Part shown: piece by piece, positions 27,801-42,800 of the stretch | Numbering within the stretch: position 1 is the stretch's first letter | Layout of the letters: each line of letters begins with the position of its first letter | Assembly: GCA_044892525.1 (NCBI GenBank) | Contig: CM097888.1 | Location: forward strand, 34,100,001 to 34,164,000 | Direction: 5' to 3' | Length of the DNA: 64,000 bases | Source of the DNA: Schmidtea polychroa | Taxonomy: Eukaryota | Notes under the pieces: model-generated | Told to the model about the DNA's origin: nothing | The model's database searches: none | The model's input: the letters and a program-made list of their open reading frames with translations, nothing else | Made by a program: the position numbers and the translations under genes

Positions 27801-30800
27801 TATCATGATAAATGTATCAAACATTGCTTTAGTGCTATAAATTGTAGAAAAAAATTAATTTTATTTACCTCTATTTCACTGAAACATTCTTCCATTGTTG
27901 ATTTCATTTCGTAGCCAGATTCCATGTTGTGAGTCTTTGTTTCTTCGAATTGTATTTCAACGGTGCAATATTTAATGTCTTCATCTGATGATATGATGGT
28001 TGTTGAATAAACTGATTTTTCTGTTTCAAACATTTCGCTTTCATGCTTAATCTCTCGACACCATTCTCCACTATATTCAACATGCTCAATTACATTTTCT
28101 ATGCTAATATCCTCTATTGTCGGCTTAGCGGTTGAAGTAGCAATATCTAGCATTGGAATCTCCCAACTTACACTCTCATTTTCGATTAACAGTCTTTCTG
28201 ATTCTTCATCCGGTTTCTGTATAGGAACTATTTCTTCGACAATTTCAACAGTTTCACTTTCAACTGTGCAGCAACTCAATTCAAACATCGACGACTCATC
28301 TATCACTTTCACTCCTACTGTCATTACACCGACTTCTACAGTTTCTATCATTTGATCTACTTGACTGTCTTCCATACTTATTGTATATTCACTTGAACAT
28401 TCTACAATCACACTTCTGAATTCTGATCCGACCTCGACTGCCTTAGAACCAACATGACTCCAACTTTCTTCAATTGATTTACATTCAAAACTGCTTTCAC
28501 TATCAACTGTCTCACACATGAACTCAGTCATTGTTTCTTGGAATTTTCCTACAGCTTCATGACTTGTTAATGTATCAATGAATACAATATGCTTTTCTCC
28601 GAATGTTTCGCTTCCTACTTCAATCAATTTACTCTCTACACTACTACCGAAGTCAACTGTGTCTTTGAGTTTTTCGAAAGAAACATCTGCAATTTCACTA
28701 TCTTTCACTGATTCACTACTCATATCTATAGCCTCTGCTTTATAGTCAGTTAACTTATTTGAAGCCTTTGTATCTTTTTCCAAGCTCGTATGTGTCAATT
28801 CGATTATTCCAGTTTCAGTTGCAATGTTTTCAGATTTGATCTAAACACGAGAAAACATTTCTTAAAAATGTCCAAAATGTTTTGTAGTTTTTTTAAACGA
28901 TAATTTATTATTATAAAAAGTAATTAAAAGAAATGAATAAAAAATATGTTTAATGAAAATTTAATAAATATCATGATAAATGTATCAAACATTGTTTTAG
29001 TGCTATAAATTGTAGAAAAAAATTAATTTTATTTACCTCTATTTCACTGAAACATTCTTCCATTGTTGATTTCATTTCGTAGCCAGATTCCAATTTGTGA
29101 GTCTTTGTTTCTTCGAATTGTATTTCAACGGTGCAATATTTAATGTCTTCATCTGATGATATGATGGTTGTTGAATAAACTGATTTTTCTGTTTCAAACA
29201 TTTCGCTTTCATGCTTAATCTCTCGACACCATTCTCCACTATATTCAACATGCTCAATTACATTTTCTATGCTAATATCCTCTATTGTCGGCTTAGCGGT
29301 TGAAGTAGCAATATCTAGCATTGGAATCTCCCAACTTACACTCTCATTTTCGATTAACAGTCTTTCTGATTCTTCATCCGGTTTCTGTATAGGAACTATT
29401 TCTTCGACAATTTCAACAGTTTCACATTCAACTGTGCAGCAACTCAATTCAAACATCGACGACTCATCTATCACTTTCACTCCTACTGTCATTACACCGA
29501 CTTCTACAGTTTCTATCATTTGATCTACTTGACTGTCTTCCATACTTATTGTATATTCACTTGAACATTCTACAATCACACTTCTGAATTCTGATCCGAC
29601 CTCGACTGCCTTAGAACCAACATGACTCCAACTTTCTTCAATTGATTTACATTCAAAACTGCTTTCACTATCAACTGTCTCACACATGAACTCAGTCATT
29701 GTTTCTTGGAATTTTCCTACAGCTTCATGACTTGTTAATGTATCAATGAATACAATATGCTTTTCTCCGAATGTTTCGCTTCCTACTTCAATCAATTTAC
29801 TCTCTACACTACTACCGAAGTCAACTGTGTCTTTGAGTTTTTCGAAAGAAACATCTGCAATTTCACTATCTTTCACTGATTCACTACTCATATCTATAGC
29901 CTCTGCTTTATAGTCAGTTAACTTATTTGAAGCCTTTGTATCTTTTTCCAAGCTCGTATGTGTCAATTCGATTATTCCAGTTTCAGTTGCAATGTTTTCA
30001 GATTTGATCTAAACACGAGAAAACATTTCTTAAAAATGTCCAAAATGTTTTGTAGTTTTTTTAAACGATAATTTATTATTATAAAAAGTAATTAAAAGAA
30101 ATGAATAAAAAATATGTTTAATGAAAATTTAATAAATATCATGATAAATGTATCAAACATTGCTTTAGTGCTATAAATTGTAGAAAAAAATTAATTTTAT
30201 TTACCTCTATTTCACTGAAACATTCTTCCATTGTTGATTTCATTTCGTAGCCAGATTCCATGTTGTGAGTCTTTGTTTCTTCGAATTGTATTTCAACGGT
30301 GCAATATTTAATGTCTTCATCTGATGATATGATGGTTGTTGAATAAACTGATTTTTCTGTTTCAAACATTTCGCTTTCATGCTTAATCTCTCGACACCAT
30401 TCTCCACTATATTCAACATGCTCAATTACATTTTCTATGCTAATATCCTCTATTGTCGGCTTAGCTGTTGAAGTAGCAATATCTAGCATTGGAATCTCCC
30501 AACTTACACTCTCATTTTCGATTAACAGTCTTTCTGATTCTTCATCCGGTTTCTGTATAGGAACTATTTCTTCGACAATTTCAACAGTTTCACATTCAAC
30601 TGTGCAGCAACTCAATTCAAACATCGACGACTCATCTATCACTTTCACTCCTACTGTCATTACACCGACTTCTACAGTTTCTATCATTTGATCTACTTGA
30701 CTGTCTTCCATACTTATTGTATATTCACTTGAACATTCTACAATCACACTTCTGAATTCTGATCCGACCTCGACTGCCTTAGAACCAACATGACTCCAAC

Positions 30801-33800
30801 TTTCTTCAATTGATTTACATTCAAAACTGCTTTCACTATCAACTGTCTCACACATGAACTCAGTCATTGTTTCTTGGAATTTTCCTACAGCTTCATGACT
30901 TGTTAATGTATCAATGAATACAATATGCTTTTCTCCGAATGTTTCGCTTCCTACTTCAATCAATTTACTCTCTACACTACTACCGAAGTCAACTGTGTCT
31001 TTGAGTTTTTCGAAAGAAACATCTGCAATTTCACTATCTTTCACTGATTCACTACTCATATCTATAGCCTCTGCTTTATAGTCAGTTAACTTATTTGAAG
31101 CCTTTGTATCTTTTTCCAAGCTCGTATGTGTCAATTCGATTATTCCAGTTTCAGTTGCAATGTTTTCAGATTTGATCTAAACACGAGAAAACATTTCTTA
31201 AAAATGTCCAAAATGTTTTGTAGTTTTTTTAAACGATAATTTATTATTATAAAAAGTAATTAAAAGAAATGAATAAAAAATATGTTTAATGAAAATTTAA
31301 TAAATATCATGATAAATGTATCAAACATTGCTTTAGTGCTATAAATTGTAGAAAAAAATTAATTTTATTTACCTCTATTTCACTGAAACATTCTTCCATT
31401 GTTGATTTCATTTCGTAGCCAGATTCCATGTTGTGAGTCTTTGTTTCTTCGAATTGTATTTCAACGGTGCAATATTTAATGTCTTCATCTGATGATATGA
31501 TGGTTGTTGAATAAACTGATTTTTCTGTTTCAAACATTTCGCTTTCATGCTTAATCTCTCGACACCATTCTCCACTATATTCAACATGCTCAATTACATT
31601 TTCTATGCTAATATCCTCTATTGTCGGCTTAGCTGTTGAAGTAGCAATATCTAGCATTGGAATCTCCCAACTTACACTCTCATTTTCGATTAACAGTCTT
31701 TCTGATTCTTCATCCGGTTTCTGTATAGGAACTATTTCTTCGACAATTTCAACAGTTTCACATTCAACTGTGCAGCAACTCAATTCAAACATCGACGACT
31801 CATCTATCACTTTCACTCCTACTGTCATTACACCGACTTCTACAGTTTCTATCATTTGATCTACTTGACTGTCTTCCATACTTATTGTATATTCACTTGA
31901 ACATTCTACAATCACACTTCTGAATTCTGATCCGACCTCGACTGCCTTAGAACCAACATGACTCCAACTTTCTTCAATTGATTTACATTCAAAACTGCTT
32001 TCACTATCAACTGTCTCACACATGAACTCAGTCATTGTTTCTTGGAATTTTCCTACAGCTTCATGACTAGTTAATGTATCAATGAATACAATATGCTTTT
32101 CTCCGAATGTTTCGCTTCCTACTTCAATCAATTTACTCTCTACACTACTACCGAAGTCAACTGTGTCTTTGAGTTTTTCGAAAGAAACATCTGCAATTTC
32201 ACTATCTTTCACTGATTCACTACTCATATCTATAGCCTCTGCTTTATAGTCAGTTAACTTATTTGAAGCCTTTGTATCTTTTTCCAAGCTCGTATGTGTC
32301 AATTCGATTATTCCAGTTTCAGTTGCAATGTTTTCAGATTTGATCTAAACACGAGAAAACATTTCTTAAAAATGTCCAAAATGTTTTGTAGTTTTTTTAA
32401 ACGATAATTTATTATTATAAAAAGTAATTAAAAGAAATGAATAAAAAATATGTTTAATGAAAATTTAATAAATATCATGATAAATGTATCAAACATTGCT
32501 TTAGTGCTATAAATTGTAGAAAAAAATTAATTTTATTTACCTCTATTTCACTGAAACATTCTTCCATTGTTGATTTCATTTCGTAGCCAGATTCCATGTT
32601 GCGAGTCTTTGTTTCTTCGAATTGTATTTCAACGGTGCAATATTTAATGTCTTCATCTGATGATATGATGGTTGTTGAATAAACTGATTTTTCTGTTTCA
32701 AACATTTCGCTTTCATGCTTAATCTCTCGACACCATTCTCCACTATATTCAACATGCTCAATTACATTTTCTATGCTAATATCCTCTATTGTCGGCTTAG
32801 CGGTTGAAGTAGCAATATCTAGCATTGGAATCTCCCAACTTACACTCTCATTTTCGATTAACAGTCTTTCTGATTCTTCATCCGGTTTCTGTATAGGAAC
32901 TATTTCTTCGACAATTTCAACAGTTTCACATTCAACTGTGCAGCAACTCAATTCAAACATCGACGACTCATCTATCACTTTCACTCCTACTGTCATTACA
33001 CCGACTTCTACAGTTTCTATCATTTGATCTACTTGACTGTCTTCCATACTTATTGTATATTCACTTGAACATTCTACAATCACACTTCTGAATTCTGATC
33101 CGACCTCGACTGCCTTAGAACCAACATGACTCCAACTTTCTTCAATTGATTTACATTCAAAACTGCTTTCACTATCAACTGTCTCACACATGAACTCAGT
33201 CATTGTTTCTTGGAATTTTCCTACAGCTTCATGACTTGTTAATGTATCAATGAATACAATATGCTTTTCTCCGAATGTTTCGCTTCCTACTTCAATCAAT
33301 TTACTCTCTACACTACTACCGAAGTCAACTGTGTCTTTGAGTTTTTCGAAAGAAACATCTGCAATTTCACTATCTTTCACTGATTCACTACTCATATCTA
33401 TAGCCTCTGCTTTATAGTCAGTTAACTTATTTGAAGCCTTTGTATCTTTTTCCAAGCTCGTATGTGTCAATTCGATTATTCCAGTTTCAGTTGCAATGTT
33501 TTCAGATTTGATCTAAACACGAGAAAACATTTCTTAAAAATGTCCAAAATGTTTTGTAGTTTTTTTAAACGATAATTTATTATTATAAAAAGTAATTAAA
33601 AGAAATGAATAAAAAATATGTTTAATGAAAATTTAATAAATATCATGATAAATGTATCAAACATTGCTTTAGTGCTATAAATTGTAGAAAAAAATTAATT
33701 TTATTTACCTCTATTTCACTGAAACATTCTTCCATTGTTGATTTCATTTCGTAGCCAGATTCCATGTTGTGAGTCTTTGTTTCTTCGAATTGTATTTCAA

Positions 33801-36800
33801 CGGTGCAATATTTAATGTCTTCATCTGATGATATGATGGTTGTTGAATAAACTGATTTTTCTGTTTCAAACATTTCGCTTTCATGCTTAATCTCTCGACA
33901 CCATTCTCCACTATATTCAACATGCTCAATTACATTTTCTATGCTAATATCCTCTATTGTCGGCTTAGCGGTTGAAGTAGCAATATCTAGCATTGGAATC
34001 TCCCAACTTACACTCTCATTTTCGATTAACAGTCTTTCTGATTCTTCATCCGGTTTCTGTATAGGAACTATTTCTTCGACAATTTCAACAGTTTCACTTT
34101 CAACTGTGCAGCAACTCAATTCAAACATCGACGACTCATCTATCACTTTCACTCCTACTGTCATTACACCGACTTCTACAGTTTCTATCATTTGATCTAC
34201 TTGACTGTCTTCCATACTTATTGTATATTCACTTGAACATTCTACAATCACACTTCTGAATTCTGATCCGACCTCGACTGCCTTAGAACCAACATGACTC
34301 CAACTTTCTTCAATTGATTTACATTCAAAACTGCTTTCACTATCAACTGTCTCACACATGAACTCAGTCATTGTTTCTTGGAATTTTCCTACAGCTTCAT
34401 GACTTGTTAATGTATCAATGAATACAATATGCTTTTCTCCGAATGTTTCGCTTCCTACTTCAATCAATTTACTCTCTACACTACTACCGAAGTCAACTGT
34501 GTCTTTGAGTTTTTCGAAAGAAACATCTGCAATTTCACTATCTTTCACTGATTCACTACTCATATCTATAGCCTCTGCTTTATAGTCAGTTAACTTATTT
34601 GAAGCCTTTGTATCTTTTTCCAAGCTCGTATGTGTCAATTCGATTATTCCAGTTTCAGTTGCAATGTTTTCAGATTTGATCTAAACACGAGAAAACATTT
34701 CTTAAAAATGTCCAAAATGTTTTGTAGTTTTTTTAAACGATAATTTATTATTATAAAAAGTAATTAAAAGAAATGAATAAAAAATATGTTTAATGAAAAT
34801 TTAATAAATATCATGATAAATGTATCAAACATTGTTTTAGTGCTATAAATTGTAGAAAAAAATTAATTTTATTTACCTCTATTTCACTGAAACATTCTTC
34901 CATTGTTGATTTCATTTCGTAGCCAGATTCCAATTTGTGAGTCTTTGTTTCTTCGAATTGTATTTCAACGGTGCAATATTTAATGTCTTCATCTGATGAT
35001 ATGATGGTTGTTGAATAAACTGATTTTTCTGTTTCAAACATTTCGCTTTCATGCTTAATCTCTCGACACCATTCTCCACTATATTCAACATGCTCAATTA
35101 CATTTTCTATGCTAATATCCTCTATTGTCGGCTTAGCGGTTGAAGTAGCAATATCTAGCATTGGAATCTCCCAACTTACACTCTCATTTTCGATTAACAG
35201 TCTTTCTGATTCTTCATCCGGTTTCTGTATAGGAACTATTTCTTCGACAATTTCAACAGTTTCACATTCAACTGTGCAGCAACTCAATTCAAACATCGAC
35301 GACTCATCTATCACTTTCACTCCTACTGTCATTACACCGACTTCTACAGTTTCTATCATTTGATCTACTTGACTGTCTTCCATACTTATTGTATATTCAC
35401 TTGAACATTCTACAATCACACTTCTGAATTCTGATCCGACCTCGACTGCCTTAGAACCAACATGACTCCAACTTTCTTCAATTGATTTACATTCAAAACT
35501 GCTTTCACTATCAACTGTCTCACACATGAACTCAGTCATTGTTTCTTGGAATTTTCCTACAGCTTCATGACTTGTTAATGTATCAATGAATACAATATGC
35601 TTTTCTCCGAATGTTTCGCTTCCTACTTCAATCAATTTACTCTCTACACTACTACCGAAGTCAACTGTGTCTTTGAGTTTTTCGAAAGAAACATCTGCAA
35701 TTTCACTATCTTTCACTGATTCACTACTCATATCTATAGCCTCTGCTTTATAGTCAGTTAACTTATTTGAAGCCTTTGTATCTTTTTCCAAGCTCGTATG
35801 TGTCAATTCGATTATTCCAGTTTCAGTTGCAATGTTTTCAGATTTGATCTAAACACGAGAAAACATTTCTTAAAAATGTCCAAAATGTTTTGTAGTTTTT
35901 TTAAACGATAATTTATTATTATAAAAAGTAATTAAAAGAAATGAATAAAAAATATGTTTAATGAAAATTTAATAAATATCATGATAAATGTATCAAACAT
36001 TGCTTTAGTGCTATAAATTGTAGAAAAAAATTAATTTTATTTACCTCTATTTCACTGAAACATTCTTCCATTGTTGATTTCATTTCGTAGCCAGATTCCA
36101 TGTTGTGAGTCTTTGTTTCTTCGAATTGTATTTCAACGGTGCAATATTTAATGTCTTCATCTGATGATATGATGGTTGTTGAATAAACTGATTTTTCTGT
36201 TTCAAACATTTCGCTTTCATGCTTAATCTCTCGACACCATTCTCCACTATATTCAACATGCTCAATTACATTTTCTATGCTAATATCCTCTATTGTCGGC
36301 TTAGCGGTTGAAGTAGCAATATCTAGCATTGGAATCTCCCAACTTACACTCTCATTTTCGATTAACAGTCTTTCTGATTCTTCATCCGGTTTCTGTATAG
36401 GAACTATTTCTTCGACAATTTCAACAGTTTCACATTCAACTGTGCAGCAACTCAATTCCTTCATCGACGACTCATCTATCACTTTCACTCCTACTGTCAT
36501 TACACCGACTTCTACAGTTTCTATCATTTGATCTACTTGACTGTCTTCCATACTTATTGTATATTCACTTGAACATTCTACAATCACACTTCTGAATTCT
36601 GATCCGACCTCGACTGCCTTAGAACCAACATGACTCCAACTTTCTTCAATTGATTTACATTCAAAACTGCTTTCACTATCAACTGTCTCACACATGAACT
36701 CAGTCATTGTTTCTTGGAATTTTCCTACAGCTTCATGACTTGTTAATGTATCAATGAATACAATATGCTTTTCTCCGAATGTTTCGCTTCCTACTTCAAT

Positions 36801-39800
36801 CAATTTACTCTCTACACTACTACCGAAGTCAACTGTGTCTTTGAGTTTTTCGAAAGAAACATCTGCAATTTCACTATCTTTCACTGATTCACTACTCATA
36901 TCTATAGCCTCTGCTTTATAGTCAGTTAACTTATTTGAAGCCTTTGTATCTTTTTCCAAGCTCGTATGTGTCAATTCGATTATTCCAGTTTCAGTTGCAA
37001 TGTTTTCAGATTTGATCTAAACACGAGAAAACATTTCTTAAAAATGTCCAAAATGTTTTGTAGTTTTTTTAAACGATAATTTATTATTATAAAAAGTAAT
37101 TAAAAGAAATGAATAAAAAATATGTTTAATGAAAATTTAATAAATATCATGATAAATGTATCAAACATTGCTTTAGTGCTATAAATTGTAGAAAAAAATT
37201 AATTTTATTTACCTCTATTTCACTGAAACATTCTTCCATTGTTGATTTCATTTCGTAGCCAGATTCCATGTTGTGAGTCTTTGTTTCTTCGAATTGTATT
37301 TCAACGGTGCAATATTTAATGTCTTCATCTGATGATATGATGGTTGTTGAATAAACTGATTTTTCTGTTTCAAACATTTCGCTTTCATGCTTAATCTCTC
37401 GACACCATTCTCCACTATATTCAACATGCTCAATTACATTTTCTATGCTAATATCCTCTATTGTCGGCTTAGCGGTTGAAGTAGCAATATCTAGCATTGG
37501 AATCTCCCAACTTACACTCTCATTTTCGATTAACAGTCTTTCTGATTCTTCATCCGGTTTCTGTATAGGAACTATTTCTTCGACAATTTCAACAGTTTCA
37601 CATTCAACTGTGCAGCAACTCAATTCAAACATCGACGACTCATCTATCACTTTCACTCCTACTGTCATTACACCGACTTCTACAGTTTCTATCATTTGAT
37701 CTACTTGACTGTCTTCCATACTTATTGTATATTCACTTGAACATTCTACAATCACACTTCTGAATTCTGATCCGACCTCGACTGCCTTAGAACCAACATG
37801 ACTCCAACTTTCTTCAATTGATTTACATTCAAAACTGCTTTCACTATCAACTGTCTCACACATGAACTCAGTCATTGTTTCTTGGAATTTTCCTACAGCT
37901 TCATGACTTGTTAATGTATCAATGAATACAATATGCTTTTCTCCGAATGTTTCGCTTCCTACTTCAATCAATTTACTCTCTACACTACTACCGAAGTCAA
38001 CTGTGTCTTTGAGTTTTTCGAAAGAAACATCTGCAATTTCACTATCTTTCACTGATTCACTACTCATATCTATAGCCTCTGCTTTATAGTCAGTTAACTT
38101 ATTTGAAGCCTTTGTATCTTTTTCCAAGCTCGTATGTGTCAATTCGATTATTCCAGTTTCAGTTGCAATGTTTTCAGATTTGATCTAAACACGAGAAAAC
38201 ATTTCTTAAAAATGTCCAAAATGTTTTGTAGTTTTTTTAAACGATAATTTATTATTATAAAAAGTAATTAAAAGAAATGAATAAAAAATATGTTTAATGA
38301 AAATTTAATAAATATCATGATAAATGTATCAAACATTGCTTTAGTGCTATAAATTGTAGAAAAAAATTAATTTTATTTACCTCTATTTCACTGAAACATT
38401 CTTCCATTGTTGATTTCATTTCGTAGCCAGATTCCATGTTGCGAGTCTTTGTTTCTTCGAATTGTATTTCAACGGTGCAATATTTAATGTCTTCATCTGA
38501 TGATATGATGGTTGTTGAATAAACTGATTTTTCTGTTTCAAACATTTCGCTTTCATGCTTAATCTCTCGACACCATTCTCCACTATATTCAACATGCTCA
38601 ATTACATTTTCTATGCTAATATCCTCTATTGTCGGCTTAGCTGTTGAAGTAGCAATATCTAGCATTGGAATCTCCCAACTTACACTCTCATTTTCGATTA
38701 ACAGTCTTTCTGATTCTTCATCCGGTTTCTGTATAGGAACTATTTCTTCGACAATTTCAACAGTTTCACATTCAACTGTGCAGCAACTCAATTCAAACAT
38801 CGACGACTCATCTATCACTTTCACTCCTACTGTCATTACACCGACTTCTACAGTTTCTATCATTTGATCTACTTGACTGTCTTCCATACTTATTGTATAT
38901 TCACTTGAACATTCTACAATCACACTTCTGAATTCTGATCCGACCTCGACTGCCTTAGAACCAACATGACTCCAACTTTCTTCAATTGATTTACATTCAA
39001 AACTGCTTTCACTATCAACTGTCTCACACATGAACTCAGTCATTGTTTCTTGGAATTTTCCTACAGCTTCATGACTTGTTAATGTATCAATGAATACAAT
39101 ATGCTTTTCTCCGAATGTTTCGCTTCCTACTTCAATCAATTTACTCTCTACACTACTACCGAAGTCAACTGTGTCTTTGAGTTTTTCGAAAGAAACATCT
39201 GCAATTTCACTATCTTTCACTGATTCACTACTCATATCTATAGCCTCTGCTTTATAGTCAGTTAACTTATTTGAAGCCTTTGTATCTTTTTCCAAGCTCG
39301 TATGTGTCAATTCGATTATTCCAGTTTCAGTTGCAATGTTTTCAGATTTGATCTAAACACGAGAAAACATTTCTTAAAAATGTCCAAAATGTTTTGTAGT
39401 TTTTTTAAACGATAATTTATTATTATAAAAAGTAATTAAAAGAAATGAATAAAAAATATGTTTAATGAAAATTTAATAAATATCATGATAAATGTATCAA
39501 ACATTGCTTTAGTGCTATAAATTGTAGAAAAAAATTAATTTTATTTACCTCTATTTCACTGAAACATTCTTCCATTGTTGATTTCATTTCGTAGCCAGAT
39601 TCCATGTTGCGAGTCTTTGTTTCTTCGAATTGTATTTCAACGGTGCAATATTTAATGTCTTCATCTGATGATATGATGGTTGTTGAATAAACTGATTTTT
39701 CTGTTTCAAACATTTCGCTTTCATGCTTAATCTCTCGACACCATTCTCCACTATATTCAACATGCTCAATTACATTTTCTATGCTAATATCCTCTATTGT

Positions 39801-42800
39801 CGGCTTAGCGGTTGAAGTAGCAATATCTAGCATTGGAATCTCCCAACTTACACTCTCATTTTCGATTAACAGTCTTTCTGATTCTTCATCCGGTTTCTGT
39901 ATAGGAACTATTTCTTCGACAATTTCAACAGTTTCACATTCAACTGTGCAGCAACTCAATTCAAACATCGACGACTCATCTATCACTTTCACTCCTACTG
40001 TCATTACACCGACTTCTACAGTTTCTATCATTTGATCTACTTGACTGTCTTCCATACTTATTGTATATTCACTTGAACATTCTACAATCACACTTCTGAA
40101 TTCTGATCCGACCTCGACTGCCTTAGAACCAACATGACTCCAACTTTCTTCAATTGATTTACATTCAAAACTGCTTTCACTATCAACTGTCTCACACATG
40201 AACTCAGTCATTGTTTCTTGGAATTTTCCTACAGCTTCATGACTTGTTAATGTATCAATGAATACAATATGCTTTTCTCCGAATGTTTCGCTTCCTACTT
40301 CAATCAATTTACTCTCTACACTACTACCGAAGTCAACTGTGTCTTTGAGTTTTTCGAAAGAAACATCTGCAATTTCACTATCTTTCACTGATTCACTACT
40401 CATATCTATAGCCTCTGCTTTATAGTCAGTTAACTTATTTGAAGCCTTTGTATCTTTTTCCAAGCTCGTATGTGTCAATTCGATTATTCCAGTTTCAGTT
40501 GCAATGTTTTCAGATTTGATCTAAACACGAGAAAACATTTCTTAAAAATGTCCAAAATGTTTTGTAGTTTTTTTAAACGATAATTTATTATTATAAAAAG
40601 TAATTAAAAGAAATGAATAAAAAATATGTTTAATGAAAATTTAATAAATATCATGATAAATGTATCAAACATTGCTTTAGTGCTATAAATTGTAGAAAAA
40701 AATTAATTTTATTTACCTCTATTTCACTGAAACATTCTTCCATTGTTGATTTCATTTCGTAGCCAGATTCCATGTTGTGAGTCTTTGTTTCTTCGAATTG
40801 TATTTCAACGGTGCAATATTTAATGTCTTCATCTGATGATATGATGGTTGTTGAATAAACTGATTTTTCTGTTTCAAACATTTCGCTTTCATGCTTAATC
40901 TCTCGACACCATTCTCCACTATATTCAACATGCTCAATTACATTTTCTATGCTAATATCCTCTATTGTCGGCTTAGCGGTTGAAGTAGCAATATCTAGCA
41001 TTGGAATCTCCCAACTTACACTCTCATTTTCGATTAACAGTCTTTCTGATTCTTCATCCGGTTTCTGTATAGGAACTATTTCTTCGACAATTTCAACAGT
41101 TTCACTTTCAACTGTGCAGCAACTCAATTCAAACATCGACGACTCATCTATCACTTTCACTCCTACTGTCATTACACCGACTTCTACAGTTTCTATCATT
41201 TGATCTACTTGACTGTCTTCCATACTTATTGTATATTCACTTGAACATTCTACAATCACACTTCTGAATTCTGATCCGACCTCGACTGCCTTAGAACCAA
41301 CATGACTCCAACTTTCTTCAATTGATTTACATTCAAAACTGCTTTCACTATCAACTGTCTCACACATGAACTCAGTCATTGTTTCTTGGAATTTTCCTAC
41401 AGCTTCATGACTTGTTAATGTATCAATGAATACAATATGCTTTTCTCCGAATGTTTCGCTTCCTACTTCAATCAATTTACTCTCTACACTACTACCGAAG
41501 TCAACTGTGTCTTTGAGTTTTTCGAAAGAAACATCTGCAATTTCACTATCTTTCACTGATTCACTACTCATATCTATAGCCTCTGCTTTATAGTCAGTTA
41601 ACTTATTTGAAGCCTTTGTATCTTTTTCCAAGCTCGTATGTGTCAATTCGATTATTCCAGTTTCAGTTGCAATGTTTTCAGATTTGATCTAAACACGAGA
41701 AAACATTTCTTAAAAATGTCCAAAATGTTTTGTAGTTTTTTTAAACGATAATTTATTATTATAAAAAGTAATTAAAAGAAATGAATAAAAAATATGTTTA
41801 ATGAAAATTTAATAAATATCATGATAAATGTATCAAACATTGCTTTAGTGCTATAAATTGTAGAAAAAAATTAATTTTATTTACCTCTATTTCACTGAAA
41901 CATTCTTCCATTGTTGATTTCATTTCGTAGCCAGATTCCATGTTGCGAGTCTTTGTTTCTTCGAATTGTATTTCAACGGTGCAATATTTAATGTCTTCAT
42001 CTGATGATATGATGGTTGTTGAATAAACTGATTTTTCTGTTTCAAACATTTCGCTTTCATGCTTAATCTCTCGACACCATTCTCCACTATATTCAACATG
42101 CTCAATTACATTTTCTATGCTAATATCCTCTATTGTCGGCTTAGCTGTTGAAGTAGCAATATCTAGCATTGGAATCTCCCAACTTACACTCTCATTTTCG
42201 ATTAACAGTCTTTCTGATTCTTCATCCGGTTTCTGTATAGGAACTATTTCTTCGACAATTTCAACAGTTTCACATTCAACTGTGCAGCAACTCAATTCAA
42301 ACATCGACGACTCATCTATCACTTTCACTCCTACTGTCATTACACCGACTTCTACAGTTTCTATCATTTGATCTACTTGACTGTCTTCCATACTTATTGT
42401 ATATTCACTTGAACATTCTACAATCACACTTCTGAATTCTGATCCGACCTCGACTGCCTTAGAACCAACATGACTCCAACTTTCTTCAATTGATTTACAT
42501 TCAAAACTGCTTTCACTATCAACTGTCTCACACATGAACTCAGTCATTGTTTCTTGGAATTTTCCTACAGCTTCATGACTTGTTAATGTATCAATGAATA
42601 CAATATGCTTTTCTCCGAATGTTTCGCTTCCTACTTCAATCAATTTACTCTCTACACTACTACCGAAGTCAACTGTGTCTTTGAGTTTTTCGAAAGAAAC
42701 ATCTGCAATTTCACTATCTTTCACTGATTCACTACTCATATCTATAGCCTCTGCTTTATAGTCAGTTAACTTATTTGAAGCCTTTGTATCTTTTTCCAAG

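Larger units (their letters stand above)
24365..35848. repeat. Pentameric higher-order repeat, 5840-bp period (U21-25 / U26-30)
   Basis: The ordered allele pattern of five units recurs exactly 5840 nt later, including the rare ccaatttgtga and attgtttt markers. Confidence 0.9.
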
